From positions 1-29,291 of IMG/VR virus record IMGVR_UViG_3300009435_000038: a stretch of 29,291 bases of DNA. One strand, 5' to 3'. This document shows positions 19,355 to 28,800 of this stretch, piece by piece; positions within the stretch are counted from its first letter, which is position 1, and every line of letters starts with the position of its first letter. The position numbers and the translations under genes are program-made. This DNA is from a virus. Lineage: Duplodnaviria > Caudoviricetes. Under the pieces are notes generated by a model. The model saw nothing but the letters and a program-made list of their open reading frames with translations, did no database searches and was not told the origin of the DNA.

Positions 19355-21991
19355 CTACCTCGAGAATTTTTCTAAACCTAAAATTTGATTAATTGGTGCA
19401 AAGAACCCTGTGAACTTAAATACTTTTCCGTTGTATTTAAACACTAGTCCTTCTGATGGTGCTACTTTTGATAAGTTTGGCATACTTTTTAATTTTTTTA
19501 ATTGCGCTTTTAACTTTCCAATATTTGAAAAATCTTTCTTTGCTAAAAGTGAGCTACTAGCAGAGTCTAATTCGCTTCTTAATTTTTGTATTGTTTTGTC
19601 TGGATTTGCACTTAGAAAGTTACTGGCATTTGCTAATATTTCAGCGCCTACACCGAAGAATATTTGTTCAAAAGGTATCATATTTTTCTTTAGCATCGCC
19701 TGGTGATCTAATTTTTCTGTTGATCTTACCCATTCAACAAATTTCGGATGATCATCTTTTAGTTTATTAATTTGATTCATAGTAAAACTCTTATCAGAGA
19801 ATGCCCAACGTTTCATTAAAGGATATAAAATATTGTCCTGTATGTTGGGAAAGTCTGTTGCGTTTGCGCCGTTTAATATGTATTCTAACCAAAAGTGTTG
19901 ATGATATAACGATAGCGAATCGCTATCCTTTAATCTATATATATTCTGCAACTTGCCCAAAGACCCAATATATTTTGCTCTAAGCCTTCCGTAATTTTTT
20001 GGTTTGTGTAATTTTACAATATTAGGCCCTTTAAATGCAAACTTAGCTTTTATTGCAGCATTTGTCTTATTAATTACAGCAGCAAGTCTTGCGCCACCTG
20101 ACTTTACTTCGCCAGAAGGTATCCAAGCTTCATTATATTGTAGTATACCGTGAAAGACTATTGTTGCAGGACCATCATAATCAACAACATTTTTATTTTC
20201 AGGATAGATAATTTCAATATTTGCCCAATTTTTACCGTTATTAAACAATGCCATTTGGTCTTTTTTAGAAATCTTTTCTATTGAATTTGCAATATCTCTC
20301 ATTGAAAATACAAATGCATCTCTAACACTAGGTATATGGTTTTTAAATTTAGCTTTGACACCTGCTAAATTCATACCGCCACGCTTTAAGTCGCCTTTAT
20401 TTCTAGCAGCTACTGCTTTGCCGTTTATAACTGAAATCATTATATTTTGTCCGTCTAATTTTTCTGTAACGGCTTCTTCTTTATCTAGTTTACCCTGTAA
20501 CCCTAAGTCTATTATGTCCTTTAGTTCCCCAAAGGTCAATCCATAATCATCAAACGGGTGTGCCATGTGTCCATAGGCTCCTCCCATAAGCAATAACTCC
20601 TTTTGTTCTTTTAATTTTCTAAATGTAACTATTTTTCTTCCGTTAATTGTAGGCATTCCGTGTTTGTCTTTGCCAATACTTTTAACTTTCATTTTTTTAT
20701 TTTTAAATCTTCCAACTAAAATAGTGTCGCCTACACTTACATCTAATTTAATTTCTTCTTTAAATGATGTTGTAAACTTATCAAACACTTTAGGATCAAA
20801 ATATCCGAACATCTTTTGAAAAAATTTCTTTTTTGCTTTTATGTCAAACTTTTCAGAACCTAGTAATTTTCTCATAGTAGTTCCGCTTATTTCCATACCA
20901 CCAACTTTAATACTTGTATGCGGTATTTCTAAAGTGTATCCTTGATCTTTAAATCCTTTAAGTCTGTTATAGTTTTGTCTGTATGGTAGAAAATATTTTC
21001 CGGAAGTTAGCCTTCCTTCATCTTTTGCGCCTACTGCAAAAACTGCTGCTGTTGTATTTTCATCAAATTTTGATAATAAATTTTTTGGAATGTAAGGCTG
21101 GTTTTCTAATTTTATAGCCTTACCAGGCACTCCCATTCTCATCATATGTCTTTTCTTTTCAGCAAAATTCATTGGGTGTCTTGCACCTCCAGACTTTCCA
21201 CTTGTTACTATATAGACTTCATCAAACCTAGACTTTAAAAATTCATAAGAAGCTTTGTGGTGTGGACCAAAAGGTTGAAATCTTCCTGGGTATATGGCAA
21301 CTAATTTTTTAATATTGTTTTCTTGTTCACGCATATATCTAGAAGACTTACCGTGAATTCTCTTCATCTTTTTTCTTTGTGCTAAACTAGTCGGAATCCA
21401 ATCAGGACCGAATGTATAATCAGACTTTTTTGCTTCATTATATCTTACTTCTATTACAATGTCTTCATTAACTTTTGCAGGCATTTCACCCATATCTTTT
21501 GACGGAATAATTACAACTTGACTCTTTCTATTAGGGCCTACACCCATATACTTTAAAATATCCCAACCTAGGTCTGCTATTATTTGGTCCATTTCTTTCA
21601 TATACTTTTTATCAGCAGCTTTCATCGATTTTTCGCCTGTAAGCACTGCGCCGCCGTAAGAAACTGCACTTGCTCTCCCTTTCATAAGATGTCCATCATC
21701 TTCCATAAAACTTAATTCATAAAAAGGGTCGCTAGCTTTTTTATCTAACATATATTCTATAACAGGCCATCCTAAAACTTGCGCAGCTTTTATATCAGAT
21801 ACTTTTTCAAAGTCTTTAAAACTAGCAAAGAAATCATACAACCCTTCATCAGAATAAACACCTTGTACTTTTGCAGCTTCAGTTATCTTTTCTCTATCTG
21901 CTATATACTCTTTTACTGCCTCTTTATCTAGGACGAAACACTCGTCTCCGTATGCTGCTTGATATGCTATTTGTTTAGACAGTCTCTTCAT
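19355..21991 (-). CDS. Multidomain protein: HIGH-superfamily (cytidylyltransferase-like) domain + small beta domain + ligase-like nucleotidyltransferase domain
   Basis: VAIYPGRFQPFGPHH and ISGTTMRKLL (HIGH/KMSKS-like); VGDTILVGRFKNKK..V..IGKD..GMPTING; TEKLDGQN (motif I-like), NIEII (III-like) and EGLVFK..KVFK (IV/V-like). Confidence 0.75.
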   Translation of the reverse strand: MKRLSKQIAYQAAYGDECFVLDKEAVKEYIADREKITEAAKVQGVYSDEGLYDFFASFKDFEKVSDIKAAQVLGWPVIEYMLDKKASDPFYELSFMEDDGHLMKGRASAVSYGGAVLTGEKSMKAADKKYMKEMDQIIADLGWDILKYMGVGPNRKSQVVIIPSKDMGEMPAKVNEDIVIEVRYNEAKKSDYTFGPDWIPTSLAQRKKMKRIHGKSSRYMREQENNIKKLVAIYPGRFQPFGPHHKASYEFLKSRFDEVYIVTSGKSGGARHPMNFAEKKRHMMRMGVPGKAIKLENQPYIPKNLLSKFDENTTAAVFAVGAKDEGRLTSGKYFLPYRQNYNRLKGFKDQGYTLEIPHTSIKVGGMEISGTTMRKLLGSEKFDIKAKKKFFQKMFGYFDPKVFDKFTTSFKEEIKLDVSVGDTILVGRFKNKKMKVKSIGKDKHGMPTINGRKIVTFRKLKEQKELLLMGGAYGHMAHPFDDYGLTFGELKDIIDLGLQGKLDKEEAVTEKLDGQNIMISVINGKAVAARNKGDLKRGGMNLAGVKAKFKNHIPSVRDAFVFSMRDIANSIEKISKKDQMALFNNGKNWANIEIIYPENKNVVDYDGPATIVFHGILQYNEAWIPSGEVKSGGARLAAVINKTNAAIKAKFAFKGPNIVKLHKPKNYGRLRAKYIGSLGKLQNIYRLKDSDSLSLYHQHFWLEYILNGANATDFPNIQDNILYPLMKRWAFSDKSFTMNQINKLKDDHPKFVEWVRSTEKLDHQAMLKKNMIPFEQIFFGVGAEILANASNFLSANPDKTIQKLRSELDSASSSLLAKKDFSNIGKLKAQLKKLKSMPNLSKVAPSEGLVFKYNGKVFKFTGFFAPINQILGLEKFSR

Positions 21992-22001
21992 ATTATATTA
22001 G

Positions 22002-22038
22002 AATCTAAGCCTTTTTTGTGTAAAAGTAAAGGCTTTTT
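22002..22038 (-). promoter_or_regulatory. Candidate sigma70-like promoter overlapped by an inverted repeat
   Basis: Sense TTTACT-N17-TAGATT ending 10 nt before ATG 21991; AAGCCTTT...AAAGGCTT inverted repeat (22007-22035). Confidence 0.4.
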
Positions 22039-22377
22039 TTAAATATTTCCAAAAGGATCATTTTCACTTAATTGTGCTGTATTAAATGTTCCGTAAGTTG
22101 ATGAGCCACCTTCGTGTCTACCTGAAGTGCCTTTGTATCCTGGAACAAATTGTCTATCTGGTATATCAGAAAAATTACCTATACCACCTATTCCTTCTCT
22201 TCCAAATATATCAACTTTGCCTGTTTCAGGTATTCTAGGATCATTTTGTAATCCTTGTGTTCCTTCACCTGCAAAAACATCTGGCTTTACGAGATCACCT
22301 AGCGGTGATTGTGCATGCCTTCCTGATATTGGGCTCTCATTTGATACACCCGGTGTGTTTGAATCTTTTAGTGCCAT
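22039..22377 (-). CDS. Hypothetical G/P/S-rich, probably disordered protein (112 aa)
   Basis: Strong SD TAAGGAG (22384-22390); fills the gap after the lysozyme. Confidence 0.75.
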   Translation of the reverse strand: MALKDSNTPGVSNESPISGRHAQSPLGDLVKPDVFAGEGTQGLQNDPRIPETGKVDIFGREGIGGIGNFSDIPDRQFVPGYKGTSGRHEGGSSTYGTFNTAQLSENDPFGNI

Positions 22378-22387
22378 TGTTTTCTCC

Positions 22388-22864
22388 TTAGACTTCTAAG
22401 CTTCTTTTAAACCAACCATAGTAAAATTTACCTAAGTCAGGTTTTCTTTCTACTAAGTTAGCGTAATATTTTACCCTATATGCACGAACTCTATTTAGTT
22501 CTACGCCGGCAAGGGCTGAAATTGTATTGGGTCCGATGAAACCATCGACCTTTAGATCTGCTCCTTTAGCATTAGCTGTTTCTTGTACAATTTTTGTAGC
22601 ACGACCAGCTCCCATATTTACACACATATCAAAATAGATATGGCGGAGATCTTCGGAAAGATCTTCACATTTATTTTTATCCCAATAGTCTCGTTTATAA
22701 ATATCCTTCGCACCGTCTTCTGTGAGGTTTTTAATGTCTACATCTGGATATGCTCTTTTAGATATTCCGTAATTAGTCTCACCACCTGGGTCTTTAGGGT
22801 CATTTACATAACCACCCTCGTGATGAAGGACTACGCTTATTATTTCATCAAAAGTTGTTTTCAT
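22388..22864 (-). CDS. Glycoside hydrolase family 108 lysozyme with a C-terminal peptidoglycan-binding region
   Basis: Motifs HEGGYVNDPKDPGGETNYGIS, FDMCVNMG, VDGFIGPNT and KFYYGWFKR; SD AAGGAG. Confidence 0.93.
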   Translation of the reverse strand: MKTTFDEIISVVLHHEGGYVNDPKDPGGETNYGISKRAYPDVDIKNLTEDGAKDIYKRDYWDKNKCEDLSEDLRHIYFDMCVNMGAGRATKIVQETANAKGADLKVDGFIGPNTISALAGVELNRVRAYRVKYYANLVERKPDLGKFYYGWFKRSLEV

Positions 22865-22888
22865 TTGATTTTCTCCTTTTTAAAATTT

Positions 22889-25800
22889 TTATCCACAATG
22901 ATAAGTACAAGCAATTAATACTGATTTATAGCCTAAGTCTGCGTCATTACTAGCAGATGCAAAGTTATAAGGCTGTGTAGCTTTTGCTACTGTATAGTTA
23001 TGTAGTAAATCATCATCCTGTTTTTCACCGTGACCAGTTCTAGCCGATGAACATATGTAATCACCTGTTTCTATATTACCATTAGTATCTGTTACCAAAA
23101 TCTTTCCTTCACCAACCGCATTATAGTCCAATGCTGGTTTTACAGGATCTAAACCATGCATATTATGCCCTATACCCCAGTCTCCTGTAGAACTGCTTAC
23201 TGCATTTTTGTTATTATACACGCCTACCCAATTTGAACCACTACCCGGCTTTATATCATTATAGACGCCCATTACAGCTTTATCTTTTTCAGCTGTTGTA
23301 ACAGTAACTTCTGGCCAAGCTAATCCTATAGTACTTCCAGTTACATTTAAGTTTCCTGTTGCTTTTAGAATCATACCTGGCTTCCAAGCTTTCATCTCAT
23401 TTTCATTGTCTGTAGCTGAGCCACTTATAATTTGTGATACGTGACCCCCTGTAAATGTGGAGTATGTTACTTCATCTATAATTTCTCCTAAAAATGTTCC
23501 ACTATTATCTGAAAATTGAATCCAATGTTCGCTTGTATCAAAATCAGAAGTTGAATCTTCTTGTGAGTGCCATAAATTTAGTATGTATGAATTATCACCA
23601 TCGGTTGTGGAAGTATTTCTAAAAATACCCATATAACCAGACGAACTACGAACATCTAATGTACCTGCTGGTGTTCCTGTGTGTCCTATAGAAAGAGCAT
23701 TATGTATTTCAACATCAGCACTTGGTATTTCTATTCTATCAGCAGCATAATAAAACTTTATCTCACCGTATTGTGGAATGCCATTACTAACAGTACCCAT
23801 ACCTATTCTACCGTAACCGTCTCCAGTATATGTCAAATCTAAAGAAGCAGCACCACCCGCTGATTCTCCTATTGATATATGTGCACCTTGAGCAGTCCAA
23901 TTATCACCAGTGCTAGTTGAATTAAGATAAAGTCTTGGCAAGGAGTCGTTAACCCCAACACTAAGCGTTTGATTATCATATGTTAAGTTAGTGACGCCCT
24001 CTACAGAATTTGAGTCTGTGAATATTGCTATCTCATTATTACTTCCGTTTGTACCATCTAATAAAGTAGTTCCCCAAACACGAGAGTCTATTTCATCTGT
24101 TTTTAGTCTATTATCTGAATCTAATATTACTACTGAATTGTCTAATCCAGTTCCTAAACCTGGCGCATATATGTAATCTTCAACATATAGATTTCCATCA
24201 CCAGGATCTGTTGATTCGTTACCAACTCTTAGAGCGTCTATTCTGGCAAAATCATTAACAAGTAAATCATCTGATATTGTAAGGTCAGCAAATGTAGGTG
24301 CAGATGTTGTTTTGACATTTTGATCCATGTCATAGAGCTCATTAGCACCTTGACCAGTATTTATTGTGTTAGCAACAATACCTCCTGTTACAGTAACTTC
24401 ACCATCACCGAACTGAGCAACAGTAGATCCGAAAGCTACAATATCTACAACAGTATCATTGTTGTATATGTCTCCAACCTTCATATTAGAAGATGATTGT
24501 GATATACCTGTCTGTGCACCGCCATCTATAAATCTAAAAGAATTTGCTGTAATTGGGCCTAGATGATACATTTCAGCTGCGCCATTTGTACTGTAAATTG
24601 AATAATGGTTTGAGCTGCCACCGGTATTATTTGCTAAATAGATATTATAGCTGTTTGTTGATGATCCGTTTAGCTCTGAATATAATCCGTATTTAGTTGT
24701 TGAAGCAGCGTTTTGTATTAATTCAGCACTAGCTTCTATTGGATTTGTTCCTGCATGAGACTGATAATGATACCCAACCATTTTTCTAGTGTGCTTACCA
24801 GTAAAAGACTTCGCACGATAGAATTGAAACTCTTGAAAGCTACCAGTGTCCGGACCTGCGGGATTATAATCAGATAGTACCGAGTTAAAATTATACATGT
24901 CAGCATCAAACGAGCCTGTAAGTCTTACATAGGCTTGAACTAGGTCTTCTTGCAAGTAACCTTTTGCATTGGTTGTAAGAATTTGATTGTCACCTCTGAA
25001 TACAGGTTGAACTTTTATCTCTGATGCTGCGCCACCCATTGCAATTAGTCCGTTACCGTAAAATGTTTGTACACTTGATGTCGGCACGTATATTTCTGCA
25101 TGTATAAATTTAGAACCTTGCATTGATCCACTTAATAGCATTCCAGTTGCATATCCACCATCATTATACGAGCTACTATCATTAGCTAAGATTGATATTC
25201 CTTTAATTGGTGTAGTACCTACTGTCCCTATATTTGTTCCCATTTGCACAACTTTATCTAAACTAGAACCTGATCTGAATCTGAGCGCAGCGCCTACGCC
25301 TTGTGAGCTTGATATTGCTGAAATCTCAAGTTTTTCAGTTACATCATCAGGGCCGATATTTTTTAATGCCCATTCCCAAACTGTACCTGTTGAATCTAGA
25401 TTTCCGTTCACTTGTGCATATTGACCGCTATCTCCGTGAAATTGTGGTGTTTGTCTCCACCTTGTTGTCATTTTAGAGTTGCCGCCAACTGCAACCTGAA
25501 TGTGACTAAATTCTTGTTTAGATGCTGTTGGTGGAATATTTGAAGCGTGAGAGTTTGTAAAATCAAGATTTTTAAAATCTAGTTTAATATTTCCGTTTGT
25601 TGCGCTAAGCGACTGTGTTGATACGACTAATGTGTCAATAAATGGAGAGCTGCCGTACGGCGGACGAGTGTCAATGACACCTGAAGAAGACTCAAATGTC
25701 AGTGCAGTATTAGATAGTGAATATTGCCCGATCTGTCCTTCTGTCGTAGCTATAATTGTATTGGCAACTATATCACCAGTTATATCGGCGCTTGTCGCTG

Positions 25801-28800
25801 TAAGTGTTCCATCTGCAGCTACATGAAAGTTTCCTGTGCCAAGACCGATTCCCGTAGAGCCTATAAATACACCTGAAGTAGAGCTATTGTATGTTGTCTT
25901 ACTTGAATTACTAGTTAAATAGTCTGATAAGAAAAAGTTTCCTATTTCACCACCGTCAAACTTTACATTAGAACCTGTTATTCTTCCGTCTGATTTTAGT
26001 AGCAATCCGCTGGAGCTAATTGATGTTGAGTCTAATGTAAATCCACCAATTACACCGCCAGTTAAGTCTACTTTTGAACCTGTTATTTCACCACTTGATT
26101 TTAGTAATAATCCGCTCGAGCTTATTGATGATGCACCAAGTGTGAATGCAGCAATAGTTCCTGTTCCAGTTACATCAATATTTCCGTTAAATAATGCAGC
26201 GGATCCTGTAATTTGCCCGTTGTCTCTGAATATTAGAGAATTGTTTGAGCTGCTGATTGTTGATGCCGATATACCGAATCCACCTATTTCTCCAGCAGTT
26301 GCTGTAACAGTACCAGTTAGTGTTGCACTGGTTGCTGTCATATTACCGCTTGAGTCTAGTGAAAAATTACCAGCATCTACTGTTAAATCACTTCCGTCAA
26401 ATTTTATAAACTTAGAGGCATCACCAACATTAAATTTAGCAGTACCGCTATCTAATCCTAAGAAACCACCTGCTGTTGTACTACTAAAGCTTGTTTTCTT
26501 AACATACAGTCCTTCTGCATTTGTTGTAGAATCTAACTTAACATCATTTTTAGAAATAGCTCCCGAACCTATTGCCCAACCTGCAATTGTTGCATTACCG
26601 TCGATTGTTAAAGCATCGCTAATATATCTAAACCCTGTACCGATTGAAATTTTAGCATTGGGTCCATCAAGATAAATTCTATTTGCAGAATTATAAGCGT
26701 TTGTGCCAGTTCCAATTGATATGTAAGCAGATGTTGCGTTTATTATTACTCTAGAATTGGTATCATTAATTTGCCCGTTACCTATTGTCCAGCCGCCAGC
26801 TGTTAGAACATTAGAAGTGTACGTAAAATTTTGTCCGATTGACATCCTATTTCCAGGTCCGTCAATATAAGTTCTATTTGCTTGTGCATAATTGTGTGTT
26901 CCAGATCCTAGTGATAATACACCACTTCCACTTAATATAGCTTGTCCGTTAGAAGATGATATTTGTCCCTTACCTATCTTCCAACCACCAGCAGTTAATA
27001 CATCATCAACATAAGAGAATGTTGAACCTACATAAAATACAGGTGATGTAGAAGCACTTACAAAAAATAGTCCGTCTGTTGGTGTTCCAGTTGCCGATGT
27101 AGCACCAGTTCCTAAAGCTATTGAAGCTTGATTGCCGTTTATATCGGCTACTGTTCCACTTTTTAGTCTTCCAGGAACTAAATCCCAACCAGCAAGTTTT
27201 GCCTCATCTTTAGTTATTAATACCGCAGTCGTCGACGAATCGCTTATATCTGCGTCACTGGAGCCACTAAACACTGCGAATCCGTACTTCGCATCACCGG
27301 TGGTGGGTAGATTACCAACGATTACTTTCGGCTTTGCTGTGTCTATTGAACCTGTATAAATTGCTAATTGTTTATTTGTCGCATCTAATGCTATTGATCC
27401 TGCAGCATCATTAAATTGAAATCTGCCAGGAACTAATTCCCATCCAACAATTTTATTTTCATTTTCTCCTAACTCAACTAATATGTCAGAGTCTGAAGGA
27501 CTGGTTCCACCGCCTGATTGAAATATCTTAATTCCGTATGCTGAGCCTCCGTCTATTTCACCTAAATAAATTCTGTCATTAGAGTCATCGTTTATTGTAA
27601 TTCTTTTTGCAGCTGCATCAATTGTTACATTTCCACCTGAACTGCTTATTGCAGTTGATCCGATTCCCCAGCCACCAATATTTCCAGAAAGCGCATTTAT
27701 TGTACCTTCTAAGAAAGCGCTACCAGATGCCCAGAAACCAAAGTTAGAACCTAGTGCACCAAAACGTGGTGATGTTATTCCTGCTAAATTACCGAACCTT
27801 GCAGTTGTAGAACCACTCTCATAATTTATATCAATAAATGGGCTGTTCGCAGAAGAGGCATCTATCATTACAGTTCCACCACTTATTCTTGCGAATGTTC
27901 CACCTGGTTCTAAGTCTGCAAGTGAACCTGCATTTGCTGTGGCATCATATTTTGTAAAGCCACTTTGCACGCCTGACGTTGTTCCGTTACTGTTAAATGT
28001 AAATTTTACTGTGTTTATTGTTCCATCATCACCAGCATCTTTAAAGAATGCAACTTGTCCAGATGTAAATGTTGCAGATTTTTCATCTTCTACTGTAACC
28101 GTTCCAGCACCTGTTGTACCTGTTGATCCTGAAATTACACCACTATCACTTACAAGAAGCATACCGTTTGTTGCCTTTACAGTATCTTTTTGGAATATGT
28201 GTGTCCTTAATGTGTTTCTTACAACAACATTATCAACTTCCATCAATGTTCCGTTTGCACCTTGATCCAATATTCTAAATCCGTCACCTAAAATACCAGA
28301 TGTAAAAGTTGCAGTAGAGATTTGGTCTGTATCTCCGAATGTAATATCACCTTGTGATGTTATGTTTCCAGTTGTTGTTAAATCTCCAGTAGCTGCTAGT
28401 GTGCTCCCATTATAGGTTAATCCTGTTTCTGCTGTTAGCGTTCCATCACCATCTGATGTTAGAACTGCATTTGCAGTAGAATTGTTTGCCATGACTTCAG
28501 TTAGATCTAAAGTTACTGTTGGAGTTGCACCTTCTCCACTATTATTTGTTAAGTCTATTCCAGTTCCTGCAACTAAAGATGCAACATAATCTCCTGTAGT
28601 GTGTGATGATAGCGTAATTAAATTATTTAAACTTGTAGCTCCTGTACCACCTCTTGCAACACTTAGTGTACCAGTTGTTCCAGCGATTATTGGTAAGCTA
28701 TTAGCATCTGTTAGGTCGAATGCAGGAGTCGTGTCTGAAGCGCCTAATGCCACAGTGATTCCACCGAAATTGACACTTGAATTTGAAAGTGATGAGTTTG

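Noticed and set aside
19349-19357. The 878-aa and 180-aa genes are in frame, separated by TAG-GTT-ATG (possible amber recoding or readthrough fusion)
   Set aside because: The long structural genes have no internal TAG and TAG also ends the portal and 1127-aa genes, so code 11 fits. An SD-like AGGTAGGT supports independent initiation. Low-level readthrough cannot be excluded.
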